Positions 8,061-18,206 of a DNA stretch of 54,258 nt are shown in pieces. The notes below the pieces were generated by a model, which was not told where the DNA came from, did not search any database, and saw nothing but the letters and a program-made list of their open reading frames with translations. Positions within the stretch are counted from its first letter, which is position 1; every line of letters starts with the position of its first letter. The stretch is from Patescibacteria group bacterium (GTDB taxonomy: Bacteria; Patescibacteriota; Patescibacteriia; 2-12-FULL-60-25): the NCBI GenBank assembly GCA_018830085.1, contig JAHJSR010000101.1:1-54258 (forward strand). The letters run 5' to 3'. Made by a program: the position numbers and the translations under genes.

Positions 8061-11000
8061 TTATTTAACGCTCATCTTCTCGGTCAATGACACGACAGCC
8101 TCCTCAGGAGCTCGCATAGACTGCAATAAGGCACCTTCAGCTGTATATTCACCTAAAGAAACCACCCTAGCCTTATATGTAATATTTTGACCTTTAAGAT
8201 CCTTACAAGCTATAAAAGATATCTCACCTCCAGAATAATCATAAGCAAAACTCGTATAAGATCTCGACCAAGTATCAAAACCTCGAGCAATAAGTGGGAC
8301 CAATGTTGCCGGTAATCGATCTCTTACCATATAACAGCCATCTTGAGCACCTGATTGCCATTTTAAACTCAAACTAACTTCCACGATATCACCTTCACTA
8401 AACCCACTATCAGACTTTGAGATATTTTTATAACTCCTAGAAATACTTAATGCTTTGCTAGTAAAATCAATATCACCCGCCATTCTTTTTAGATAAGATG
8501 CTGCAGCCGGACCATTAACACTAATAATTCTAAAATTATTCCACTCATCCGCAGTCAAAGTAATCACTTCAAATGGATTATTTGCCAAGTCCACTTTTTT
8601 AACATCATTACCAATCGCATACTCAATCTGAACATCAACATCAGACAAAACTGGCACAACTCTTTGTAGATAAATAGCACGATCTAAAACATTCAAAGCA
8701 TCATCAGACCAATTTGATTGTACGTACTTGCTAAGAGATTCTGCTGCCGGATGCGCCATAGAAGCTGCTAAAGCTGCAGCCTGAGCAGTTGCCTCTAAAA
8801 TCTCTCCCTCATCATCACTAACTTTAATTTTCAACAAATCATCCTTCTGTTCTCCAAGTTTCAACAAATCATCAAGCAACAATCTTGCCGCCTCTCTATC
8901 ACCTGCCGCTTCCACACCCCTAATAACCGCCAACTTTTCTCTCCAGTTCAAATCACTTTGCTGTGAAGCGATACGTAATCTCGGCAATACAGGTTCACCT
9001 AAAGCCGCCAAACCAGACAATGCCTCAATCGAACTCTCACGAGAACTCTTTCCATTATCAGTAATTTCCCAAAAATAATTTGCCAATTCTATACGATCAA
9101 ACAAATCAGGCATGGCTACCGCGGCTTTAGCAGAAATATTTGGATCAGCAGATGCATAAGGCAAAATTGCCAAACCACCACCTGGTTCAATTTGATAAGC
9201 CAGCAAATCACCAGAATCATCCATAAAACTATCATCTGCAAAATATTTTACCATTAAATCACTCATCATACGTCCAGCTAAAACCGCTTCCAATCTCGCT
9301 GACCAAGGATGCGCTAGACTCTGTACCTCATACCTCATACTTGCCCTAGATTTTGATTCAAACACTAAGTCAATTTGGCTAGAAATACCCGAATCAGGCA
9401 AACTAACACCAGGACCCAATTCGATCACCTCACGTTCTTCATGCGAAGATCTAGTGCTAATAACATTAACTGTTTTTTCTATTGCATCTGTCTTGCCTCC
9501 GGCTGACACATTAATTATTGCTTTATGACTGCCCAAACTCAAACTATCTAAAGCCAAATAAACCGCATCATTTACTTTCCCATTTATTTCTTGATTATTT
9601 ACTCCCAACGTAGGAATCGAAATCGTATAATTAATGTCACCGACCTGTTGCAACCCAACCCCATGAGCTCTTAACTTCAAAACTGGTTTATCTGTAATTA
9701 ATAAATCTTGAGGTAAAACAGCTTCCACAAAAACCGGCTTTGTAACAGGTACTAAAATAACATTATTGCCAGCTTGCATATCCGGAGATATGGCCACGCC
9801 AGTCAACCGCCATGAAGTAATATTGTCCGGAACCGTAAATTTAGCCATAGCATAACCACCCTTATCAGTCTGCATTACCATAAAACCAGCTTGATCCTTA
9901 AAATTCTTCCTAACGGCTTCGGATGCCATCATACCACCCATCTCAGCACCACCACCTCCGCCTGCAAAGGCTCCATCTGCTTTATGAGTTCTTTCGGTTG
10001 ATAAAATACCATTTGGCAACCATCTATAAAGTTGACTCAAAGTATACTCTTCAACGTTAAACCTGGCCGCCTTCATCAAAGCTTCATCAACCACAGCTAC
10101 AGCGATTCTTACATCCTTAATTGGATCACCATTTTTATTGGTAACTTTTGCTCTTAATTCTACTTGAGATCCCGGAGCATAACTATCTTGATTTGTTTCA
10201 AAACTCAACATTAAATCTTTCTGATCCGTATTAAATGAAGCATTGTATTGTGTTTCTGCAAATCCCGAAGGCGTAAAAGCAACACCATAAACAGTAACAT
10301 TAGGAATATCAAGTTCACTGTAAGTAAACTTATACTGAGAATCTTGTGATACTGCTACTGACTTAATACCATTAGCCACCCTAACAAATAAATAAGATGC
10401 TTGATTGGAACTAAAAGGTTCTTTATTCTGATAAAATCTTAATTCAACTTCATCACCCAATTCATAATCACTCTTATCTTTATCCAACCCCACAGAGTCT
10501 AAACTTAAATCATCATTAAAGTCACCCGTATAACCACTCACAGAACCTTCTCTATAAATTGAATTGTACAAAGCATATCTCGTTCCATCTCTTTGATCAA
10601 ACCAAGAAATCACTCGATAACTTATCCCTGACTTTGCGTCAAATCGCAATATCGCTTTACCAGCTGCGTCAGTAATCGATTGCATCTCACCAACTTCTAC
10701 ACGCCTACGTTGATATCTATAATTTGGAACTACTGTTTTATTTATTGAATCATAGTATGTGCCGGTTTGAATTTTATCCCAGTACTCCTCATAAACCTTA
10801 CTCTTTATAACAACTTCCGCATCACCACCCATAATCGCTGTCTGAGTATCTCGTCCCGATATCTTACTTAAATCAACATTCTTAACATCAAACTCTAAAA
10901 CTGCCTTACCGTCAGTGCCACGTACAGACTGACTGTTAAAACTGTTTTTTCCACGCCAAACCTGAACGTCAGTTTGTGCAGAAATCTCACCTTCTTCACC

Positions 11001-13364
11001 AATTATCGGCATTGCTTCAAGTTGCAAAGTAGTATAATCACCGCAATATGGATATTCACTGCTTAAATCACAATCCGCTTTTTTAGTTTTATACTCAAAC
11101 TCAGCCATGCCAGAATCATCCGTTTTTAAAGTAATATTTTCAGAATCCTTAAATCCACCAAAAATATCTAAACCAATTTCAGCATTAGCAAAAGGAGTAC
11201 CATCAAAAAACCTAACTTCAACATTACCCTTAACTACATCCCCTGCATAAACTGCATTATTATCTGTAGTAATGTTTATATAGTAAGCCGGTTTAATGAC
11301 GTCTCTAATTTCAACTGACCTGGTCATCGCCTCTGAACCATTTTGCAGTAGCACCAAGCTATAATATCCAGCCTTCATAGCACCTTTCCACTGTAATTCA
11401 CCCTTAAAAAAACCTTGATCATCAGTTTGTAAAACCGCAGATGCATAAACCTTCTCTTTATAATTACCATAACTGTATGAATTTGACCTCAATTCAACAG
11501 TTACCTCACCAGCGCCCTGCTTGGTATCCCTATTCTGCATTACACCAAAAAAATCAATTTTATCTTGAGTTCTATAAAGAGGTCTGTCCGCAAAGATATA
11601 ACTCCAATTGTTTAAACCAGCCTCTGTACCTGCATTGTAATTAAAATACCAATACATTGATGAATATCTAATTGGTAAAATAAGCCCTTTATTATCATTA
11701 CCTATTTTTATATATTCTGCAGGTGCCTTCTTATCAGACAAACTCGCACCATCATCCACATATTCTTTCCAATATTCTGGAGTTGAGATCCTCGCTAATC
11801 CTTGCCCGTCAGTTTCATAATCTTTCCCGTTCATTTCCAACTTTTGATTTGATAAAGATTTATGCGTCTCATGATCAGTAACCCAAACTAAAATTTGATC
11901 TCTATCTACCATTGCATATGCACCTACATTGGTTTTTTGTAACAAAAACCAAACCGAATCACCTTTAAATGTAGTAAGTTTAACAACATAAAAACCCTTT
12001 TCCACATTATTAGGCAATCTAATAAATTCATACCACACATCATCTGACGACTCTATCTGTGTAGAAAAACTAAATACCTGAGATTTTGCATATTTTTCCA
12101 AAATTGGCGATGCTTTATCTGGAGCATATACCCACTCAGGAATTTCATCTATCTGTTTTATTACTTCACTAGCATCATCCATCGAAATCTTATAGCCAAT
12201 CGCTTCTACATTTGTATTTTTTAACTCGCTCGAAGCAGAAAGTGTGACAATTGTTTCTTTTCCTACAGATGACTCCAATGTCGGACTGGTTAAATATAAA
12301 TATGATTCTGATTCCGATTCAGAACCATCTTCCGTTTCAAATCGAATCACAAAATCATTCTCCAGAGACTTCCCATTCTTAACACCCCAACCTTTTTTAT
12401 AGGTTACGGTATAAATTGTTTCTGGTGCTAATGGTTTATTAGGTAAAAATACCAATGTACGACCATGAATCTCAAACTTGCCCTCAACGAATGGCTTTAT
12501 CTCAAAATAATTTTGAATATCTTCCCAATCCGTTTGACTCAACATAATCTCAATGGATGTATCCAATGGTACGCTTGTCGATTGATTCCCAGGCACTGAT
12601 CTAATTACTTCAAAAACATCTTGAGTTTGAATTGCCCAAGAAAACTCTCTAGGTCTGACCTCTCCACCATCTTCTTGTACCGCAGTTTGTATAGTAACCT
12701 GATAAACCTCCCCCGGATTTAAATCTTTTTTAGGAGCTATCACATATTCACCATTCCCTTCTTGTTTAATATCAAAATCTACAAATGATGTATCATTATC
12801 AGGTGCATTTACCGGCTTTATACGTAAACTGTCTTTTAAATCACTCTCACTAACATCCACTTTAGATACCACTCTCAAAGTAGTATCAACTAATGCGCCA
12901 TTAGGAGTATCATTTTCTGCCTGCACAGCAAACGCATCTCCGGCATGAGCTGCTGGTATCATTAACGATAAAGTAGCCACTCCCAATTTTGATTGATCTT
13001 GATTTCCAAATTTAAAATTACCACTTGATTGGACAAAAACCAATAACGCAATCGCACACACGGTAGCGAAACCTCCTGCCCATACGTACCATCTCTGAAA
13101 CAATGGATTTGATTTTTTGCCATTAGACTTAGAGGTGCTCTTCTCTGATTTTTTCGCACTCAAATTTTTTGCCATTTGCTGCAAATGTTCACGTTGACTC
13201 TTCATGACCTTAGCATCCATCTCCTTTACCTCCTTCGCATCCTCGCTAAGCGCCTTGGCCATGCGTAAATATGGCTGGTCCTTTGGACTAGCTTTATCTT
13301 TACCTTTTTCGAGCACTTCATTTATTCTGAGTGCGTCATTTTCTTGGGTATTTTTCATACTCAT
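8061..13364 (-). CDS. membrane-anchored alpha-2-macroglobulin family protein lacking the thioester; putative anti-sigma factor
   Basis: a2M hallmark VRKNFKDQAGF...FTVPDNITSWRLTGVAIS (nt 9781-9915). About 90 aa of hydrophilic N-terminus, then one TM (WYVWAGGFATVCAIALLVFV). No CxEQ; HPWSARLEAV sits at the expected site. The ATG at 13364 is 4 nt after the sigma stop; the 13385 start is TTG. Confidence 0.85.
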   Translation of the reverse strand: MSMKNTQENDALRINEVLEKGKDKASPKDQPYLRMAKALSEDAKEVKEMDAKVMKSQREHLQQMAKNLSAKKSEKSTSKSNGKKSNPLFQRWYVWAGGFATVCAIALLVFVQSSGNFKFGNQDQSKLGVATLSLMIPAAHAGDAFAVQAENDTPNGALVDTTLRVVSKVDVSESDLKDSLRIKPVNAPDNDTSFVDFDIKQEGNGEYVIAPKKDLNPGEVYQVTIQTAVQEDGGEVRPREFSWAIQTQDVFEVIRSVPGNQSTSVPLDTSIEIMLSQTDWEDIQNYFEIKPFVEGKFEIHGRTLVFLPNKPLAPETIYTVTYKKGWGVKNGKSLENDFVIRFETEDGSESESESYLYLTSPTLESSVGKETIVTLSASSELKNTNVEAIGYKISMDDASEVIKQIDEIPEWVYAPDKASPILEKYAKSQVFSFSTQIESSDDVWYEFIRLPNNVEKGFYVVKLTTFKGDSVWFLLQKTNVGAYAMVDRDQILVWVTDHETHKSLSNQKLEMNGKDYETDGQGLARISTPEYWKEYVDDGASLSDKKAPAEYIKIGNDNKGLILPIRYSSMYWYFNYNAGTEAGLNNWSYIFADRPLYRTQDKIDFFGVMQNRDTKQGAGEVTVELRSNSYSYGNYKEKVYASAVLQTDDQGFFKGELQWKGAMKAGYYSLVLLQNGSEAMTRSVEIRDVIKPAYYINITTDNNAVYAGDVVKGNVEVRFFDGTPFANAEIGLDIFGGFKDSENITLKTDDSGMAEFEYKTKKADCDLSSEYPYCGDYTTLQLEAMPIIGEEGEISAQTDVQVWRGKNSFNSQSVRGTDGKAVLEFDVKNVDLSKISGRDTQTAIMGGDAEVVIKSKVYEEYWDKIQTGTYYDSINKTVVPNYRYQRRRVEVGEMQSITDAAGKAILRFDAKSGISYRVISWFDQRDGTRYALYNSIYREGSVSGYTGDFNDDLSLDSVGLDKDKSDYELGDEVELRFYQNKEPFSSNQASYLFVRVANGIKSVAVSQDSQYKFTYSELDIPNVTVYGVAFTPSGFAETQYNASFNTDQKDLMLSFETNQDSYAPGSQVELRAKVTNKNGDPIKDVRIAVAVVDEALMKAARFNVEEYTLSQLYRWLPNGILSTERTHKADGAFAGGGGGAEMGGMMASEAVRKNFKDQAGFMVMQTDKGGYAMAKFTVPDNITSWRLTGVAISPDMQAGNNVILVPVTKPVFVEAVLPQDLLITDKPVLKLRAHGVGLQQVGDINYTISIPTLGVNNQEINGKVNDAVYLALDSLSLGSHKAIINVSAGGKTDAIEKTVNVISTRSSHEEREVIELGPGVSLPDSGISSQIDLVFESKSRASMRYEVQSLAHPWSARLEAVLAGRMMSDLMVKYFADDSFMDDSGDLLAYQIEPGGGLAILPYASADPNISAKAAVAMPDLFDRIELANYFWEITDNGKSSRESSIEALSGLAALGEPVLPRLRIASQQSDLNWREKLAVIRGVEAAGDREAARLLLDDLLKLGEQKDDLLKIKVSDDEGEILEATAQAAALAASMAHPAAESLSKYVQSNWSDDALNVLDRAIYLQRVVPVLSDVDVQIEYAIGNDVKKVDLANNPFEVITLTADEWNNFRIISVNGPAAASYLKRMAGDIDFTSKALSISRSYKNISKSDSGFSEGDIVEVSLSLKWQSGAQDGCYMVRDRLPATLVPLIARGFDTWSRSYTSFAYDYSGGEISFIACKDLKGQNITYKARVVSLGEYTAEGALLQSMRAPEEAVVSLTEKMSVK

Positions 13365-13368
13365 ATCA

Positions 13369-13929
13369 TTAATTTGTTGCAACAATCATTTTACGCATAC
13401 GTCCTAACGCTCTATAAATTAAAACTGCTGCGTGATTATTTGAAATATCAAGTTCCTTAGCCACTTCTTCTGTTTTAAATCCCGCATAAAAACGCAGTGT
13501 TAAAACTTCCTGATCTCTTTGCGAAAGCTCGCCCATCATCTCACCTAACTTCTCTCTTTCTAAAGTCATTTCAGTATTCCACGCTGGATCATCATCAGAA
13601 GGTGGGTCCCAAGTATCCTCATCAAGCGCACTTACCTTTTTAACCGCAGAACTGCGCCAATGATCAGCCAACGCATTAAGCGCGACTCTATACAGCCACG
13701 CGCTTATCGGCACTCCCTTCCACTCAAGCTTGTGAGCTGATTCCAACAATTTTATAAAACTTTGAGCCACAATGTCCTCGGCCGTCTCTTTGTGCCCGCA
13801 ACGTTTTAGCAAAAAGGAATACAACTGTTTAGCGTGCCTATCATATAATTCTGTAATTGCTTCAGGATCGCTCTTCAAACGATCGAAAAGAGCCTTTTCT
13901 TGCTCCATGTTTTTTGTATCAGATTGCAT
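13369..13929 (-). CDS. RNA polymerase sigma-70 factor, ECF subfamily
   Basis: Region 2 (LYDRHAKQLYSFLLKRCGHKETAEDIVAQSF...WLYRVALNALADHWR) and region 4 (LSQRDQEVLTLRFYAGFKTEEVAKELDISNNHAAVLIYRALGRMR). Confidence 0.9.
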   Translation of the reverse strand: MQSDTKNMEQEKALFDRLKSDPEAITELYDRHAKQLYSFLLKRCGHKETAEDIVAQSFIKLLESAHKLEWKGVPISAWLYRVALNALADHWRSSAVKKVSALDEDTWDPPSDDDPAWNTEMTLEREKLGEMMGELSQRDQEVLTLRFYAGFKTEEVAKELDISNNHAAVLIYRALGRMRKMIVATN

Positions 13930-14029
13930 AATAACAAACGAATAACCCCTATATTTATGACAGTATAATAACCTAAAATAATGAAAATTACAATAAAACT
14001 ACATAAAAAAAGACCGTCTACCAACGATC

Positions 14030-14671
14030 TTACGACTGAGAATCCCTGTTCCTAAGGTACTGTATATAATGATCAAACACTCTTTCCAAGTCCAAATTAA
14101 TTAATTGACTAAAATCCGGATCGTCACGCAAAACACGCAAAACCATGCTTAATGGAAACAACATTTTTACTTCAACACCTCCATTAACCCTGCTTACAGC
14201 CTGACACAACTCTAATTCACAATCCGCATGAAATAAAACGAAAAGTGTTGCTAAACTATATCCAGCCATGCTTAACACATGAGCCATCGTTTCTACATCT
14301 TTCCCATCAGATGCAAACTCTTGAATCAACAAAACCCTAGGACGAACTTTTGATTTACCATACAAATCGATAACCTCACCATTTTTTGTCGGCAAAGTTT
14401 CCGACAACAAAAACGGCAAAGAAAAATGATTGGCAACCAAAGGTGCCAATGACCTGCATCCGTGTCTTGAAGCCGCAACAACTCCAAAACTTTTTGGATC
14501 AACGTTTGCAAAAATCAAATCCAATACAACCTTCCTAACAGCGGGAATGACTTCCATGGATTCAAAATCCAATTGTACAGGAATTGGGAAACCGATTGTT
14601 GGTTGCCTAATACCAATAACCTCAAAACCTATCAAATGTACCAAAGCGTCTTTTAGCGCTTGTTCCTTCAT
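14030..14671 (-). CDS. phosphoribosyltransferase-like protein with degenerate PRPP loop
   Basis: PyrE-like layout: GVVAASRHGCRSLAPLVA, then LPTKNGEVIDLYG, then VLLIQEFASDGKDV where type-I PRTases have VLLIDDVxTTG. By eye only. Confidence 0.35.
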   Translation of the reverse strand: MKEQALKDALVHLIGFEVIGIRQPTIGFPIPVQLDFESMEVIPAVRKVVLDLIFANVDPKSFGVVAASRHGCRSLAPLVANHFSLPFLLSETLPTKNGEVIDLYGKSKVRPRVLLIQEFASDGKDVETMAHVLSMAGYSLATLFVLFHADCELELCQAVSRVNGGVEVKMLFPLSMVLRVLRDDPDFSQLINLDLERVFDHYIQYLRNRDSQS

Positions 14672-14741
14672 TATTCTTCCTCCTAACTAACGCAAAGACA
14701 ACTCAAACTGAGCTTAGCAAATCCCTCAAAAAAAGCAAATA

Positions 14742-15371
14742 TTACACTTTAGCTGTAAAAAATCTCGATTTTATCCAAGCGTATAATGCAGGCGAAATTG
14801 ACAATAAAATAACCAAACCAATAATTATATGTAAGTATTTTCCAGCATCAGGAATAACCGAACCCAAAAAGTATCCTATGCCAAGCATCGATAACACCCA
14901 AAATACACCGCCAAATACGTTAAAAGATAAAAACTTTTTATAAGACATGTTGCCCACACCCGCAACGATGGGTGCAAATGTTCTAATAATCGGCATAAAC
15001 CTCGCAATAACTATTGTCTTACCACCGTGTTTATCATAAAACAGCTGGGCACGCAGCAAATGATCTTTTGCAAAAAGTAATGACTTATCTTTTTTAAAAA
15101 TCTTTGGTCCAGTAAATTTTCCAAAATGATAACCAACCGTATCTCCTAATATTGCCATAAAAGCCAAAAGAAAAAACAATAAACCAATATTAAGATAACC
15201 CTGAGACGCTAACAATCCAGCTGTAACCAACAAAGAGTCACCCGGAAGAAAAAAACCAATCAATAATCCCGATTCTGCAAAAACAATCAACGCCAAAACC
15301 GCATAACCTCCCCACAAAATCAGAGCTTCTAAATTATTAAGATTAGTAAAAAAATCTATAACTGCTTGCAT
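14742..15371 (-). CDS. DedA family (VTT domain) membrane protein
   Basis: FFLPGDSLLVTAGLLA, HGGKTIVIARFMPIIRTFAPIVAGV; 4-5 TM helices. Confidence 0.88.
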   Translation of the reverse strand: MQAVIDFFTNLNNLEALILWGGYAVLALIVFAESGLLIGFFLPGDSLLVTAGLLASQGYLNIGLLFFLLAFMAILGDTVGYHFGKFTGPKIFKKDKSLLFAKDHLLRAQLFYDKHGGKTIVIARFMPIIRTFAPIVAGVGNMSYKKFLSFNVFGGVFWVLSMLGIGYFLGSVIPDAGKYLHIIIGLVILLSISPALYAWIKSRFFTAKV

Positions 15372-15375
15372 GCTT

Positions 15376-15912
15376 TTATTGAGACACCTTAGATGAACAT
15401 TTATCCCATCTGATTAATTTTTTTGTACATGATTCATACCAACCCTCATCGCTTGTACCAATAGACCAACATTCCTCATAACATCCACCACCCATCTGAC
15501 ACTCACCACGCATAAACGATAAAATTTCACACATTGTGCCATCCTTAAAATAACAAGCACCCCAGGTTTCTTTTAGGTTATTAACCTCAGTATAAATCCC
15601 TCCGTAATTGCTACAATATTCTTTTTTTGCATTAGGGGTAACATTCGGATCAACCCAATTTGAAGGTTTTTCCGCTACCTCATTAACAACTTCTGTGGTA
15701 GTCGCTGCCTCTGTGCTTGTAGCCATCATTTCCGTACCGCTTGCCACTTCATCAGGAGTATTAACATTCGTTGCATTGTTATATGTCTCTTCACTTACCT
15801 GATCTATTTGAGGAGGATTTTGAGATTTATCCAAATTTTCAACTTCAACACAACCAGCCGCCAAAAAAACTAGCGATAATAACATTAAACTCGTAATAAC
15901 ACTTTTATTCAT
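15376..15912 (-). CDS. lipoprotein with DUF333-like Cys-rich domain
   Basis: Lipobox FLAAGC and an acidic/Thr-rich linker. YCSNYGGIYTEV...WGACYFKDGTMCEILSFMRGEC matches the DUF333 (putative hemolysin) pattern, followed by a second Cys cluster. ATG at 15912; the 15927 start is TTG. Confidence 0.6.
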   Translation of the reverse strand: MNKSVITSLMLLSLVFLAAGCVEVENLDKSQNPPQIDQVSEETYNNATNVNTPDEVASGTEMMATSTEAATTTEVVNEVAEKPSNWVDPNVTPNAKKEYCSNYGGIYTEVNNLKETWGACYFKDGTMCEILSFMRGECQMGGGCYEECWSIGTSDEGWYESCTKKLIRWDKCSSKVSQ

Positions 15913-16005
15913 AAAATAAACATTCAAGATTTAACTCGTCTATTGTGCCCTGTCTGCAAACTCAAGGCAAGACGGCAATGAATCCTTGTGATAAAATCAA
16001 CACAT

Positions 16006-17484
16006 ATGCAATATATTCTAGCTTTAGACATTGGCACAACTTCAACACGCGCCATCATCTTTAACCAAAAAATGGAACAAGTGGTACAAGTTTCAGATCC
16101 ACTTAAAATCTTTGCCCAAGAAACAAGTGAAGTTGAGCAAGATGCTAATGAAATCTGGATTAAAACCATTGGATGCGCAAAAAAATGTATTAAATCTTCG
16201 CATATTAACGTAAAAAATATCAAATGCATTGGCATAACCAATCAACGCGAAACCGTATTAGCTTGGGATGCCGCAACCGGTAAATCACTATCCTCCGCAA
16301 TAGTCTGGCAAGACCGCCGTACAGCCAAACGCTGTGCAGCATTAGAAAAAAATCGTTCTTTAGCGCGACGCATAAAAGCCAAAACCGGATTGGTGATAGA
16401 TCCAAGTTTTAGTGCCACAAAAATAGAATGGCTTAATACAGATTTAGCAAAGAAAAAAATAAAACGCGTGCTTTTCGGTACAATAGACTCATGGATTCTC
16501 TGGAATCTTACCGGCAAACAAACTTATGCCACAGAAAGCTCCAACGCTAGCAGAACCATGCTCATGGATCTAAAAACCCAAACTTGGGACAAAGATCTTT
16601 TAAAGCTATTCAAAATATCCGAACGTCAATTACCAAAAATCCTCCAATCGCAAGGTGAATTCGGATTAACTGATAAAAAACTCTTTGGTATACAAATCCC
16701 CATCACCGGTATACTCGGTGATCAACAAGCGTCATTGTTTAGCCATGGACCAATTCATGCCAATGGTTTAGCGGTTACTTTTGGAACTGGCATTTTCGCT
16801 TTAAAACCTATTGGCAACATACCCAGACCATCTACCAGTGGCATACTAACCACTGTCGCTTGGGACAGACCAAATCGCCCCGTCGAATACGCCTACGAGG
16901 CTAGCGCACTTACCGGAGGTGCCATGTTGGAATGGTTTAAAAATCAAATAGGCTTAGTAAAAAACATGAAAGAATTTGACGCGCTAGCAGAGCAAGTCCA
17001 AACAACCGGTGGAGTAACTATTGTCCCCGCTTTTACTGGCTTAGCCGCTCCCGATTGGGATCCTTCTGCTCGTGGCTTAATCATAGGTCTTAATCGTGGC
17101 ACTCAAAAAGCTCATATCTGCCGTGCAGCGATCGAAGCAATCGCTTGCCAAGCTACACGCATAGCTCGCTTGTTACAAGACCAATCCGGTACCAAAATAA
17201 CCAACTGGAGAGTAAGCGGCGGACTTGCCAAATCAAATATCCTAATGCAAAGTCAATCTGACATGAGTCAAACTAACATTTGTCGCGAATCGCATATCGA
17301 ATCCACAGCCGCTGGTGCCGCAATGATCGCTGGATTGGGTGCAGATATCTGGCCAACCTGGCGAGAGATTTCTAAACAAATGACTTGTGAAAAAGTCTTT
17401 AGACCAAAACGTATAAAACGCGGACTTGCCTTTTTAGCTCAATATGAACGCGCGCTTGAACGTGCAAAAAATTGGGTTATATAA
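16006..17484 (+). CDS. glpK: glycerol kinase (FGGY family)
   Basis: MQYILALDIGTTSTRAIIF, ITNQRETVLAWD, AIVWQDRR and GDQQASLF. ATG at 16006; the 15988 start is GTG. Confidence 0.93.
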   Translation: MQYILALDIGTTSTRAIIFNQKMEQVVQVSDPLKIFAQETSEVEQDANEIWIKTIGCAKKCIKSSHINVKNIKCIGITNQRETVLAWDAATGKSLSSAIVWQDRRTAKRCAALEKNRSLARRIKAKTGLVIDPSFSATKIEWLNTDLAKKKIKRVLFGTIDSWILWNLTGKQTYATESSNASRTMLMDLKTQTWDKDLLKLFKISERQLPKILQSQGEFGLTDKKLFGIQIPITGILGDQQASLFSHGPIHANGLAVTFGTGIFALKPIGNIPRPSTSGILTTVAWDRPNRPVEYAYEASALTGGAMLEWFKNQIGLVKNMKEFDALAEQVQTTGGVTIVPAFTGLAAPDWDPSARGLIIGLNRGTQKAHICRAAIEAIACQATRIARLLQDQSGTKITNWRVSGGLAKSNILMQSQSDMSQTNICRESHIESTAAGAAMIAGLGADIWPTWREISKQMTCEKVFRPKRIKRGLAFLAQYERALERAKNWVI

Positions 17485-17493
17485 AAATAACAT

Positions 17494-18096
17494 ATGATTG
17501 AAATTGAAAAAAAATTTCCATTAAGTCCAGCTAATGAAAATCTTCTTACAAAAAATGCTGAACTCATTCGTACTGTAAAAAATACTGACACTTATTTTGA
17601 TACCGAGGATTATAAATTAACAACCAAAGATTGGTGGATGCGTATTCGCAACGATTCCTTTGAACTAAAAATTGCCCAAAAAGACAATCTCACAGAAAAA
17701 ACAAATATCTATGAAGAAGTCACTGATCAAACAAAAATTCGCGAACTATTAAATCTACCTACTGGTAACAATTTAGAGCAAGATTTAATTGACAACGGAT
17801 ACCTTCCTTTCATTACTTGCATTACAACAAGACGTAAATATAAAAATGGTGATTTTACTATTGATCTTGACCATGTAGATTTTGATTCAGACTTTACATA
17901 TGATTTAGCCGAAATAGAACTCACGATCGAAGACCCAAATCAATGCCAAGAAGCTTCAGATAAAATAATGGCTTTTGCGGAAACACATGGTTTACAAACA
18001 GAAAAAATCCGCGGTAAAGTCATAGAGTATTTACATGACAAACGTCCAAATCACTATAAAGCCCTAGTTCAATCAGGTGTTATTGAGGACTTTTAA
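17494..18096 (+). CDS. CYTH domain protein (CyaB/ThTPase-like triphosphate tunnel enzyme)
   Basis: N-terminal EXEXK motif (IEIEKKF) and a later acidic strand pattern (LAEIELTIED). Confidence 0.8.
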   Translation: MIEIEKKFPLSPANENLLTKNAELIRTVKNTDTYFDTEDYKLTTKDWWMRIRNDSFELKIAQKDNLTEKTNIYEEVTDQTKIRELLNLPTGNNLEQDLIDNGYLPFITCITTRRKYKNGDFTIDLDHVDFDSDFTYDLAEIELTIEDPNQCQEASDKIMAFAETHGLQTEKIRGKVIEYLHDKRPNHYKALVQSGVIEDF

Positions 18097-18206
18097 ACAA
18101 TTCCCTTAAATACAAGTAATTTTCGGCTAAAACAACAGCATTCCCTTGACATAACCATCAAAGTATGGTTACTTATTGTATTAGTTTTGGAAGCAAAGGA
18201 GTACAC

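Noticed and set aside
8061-13385. Thioester-containing (CxEQ) a2M, and the TTG start at 13385 overlapping the sigma gene.
   Set aside because: No Cys lies in a CxEQ context, so I call the protein thioester-less. The ATG at 13364 just after the sigma stop is a more conventional coupled start than the upstream TTG.
15924-16517. Minus-strand ORFs (105, 61 and 91 aa) and a plus-strand 60-aa ORF overlapping the 5' part of glpK.
   Set aside because: glpK is unambiguous (FGGY motifs). The overlapping ORFs have no motifs and arise from frame shadows.
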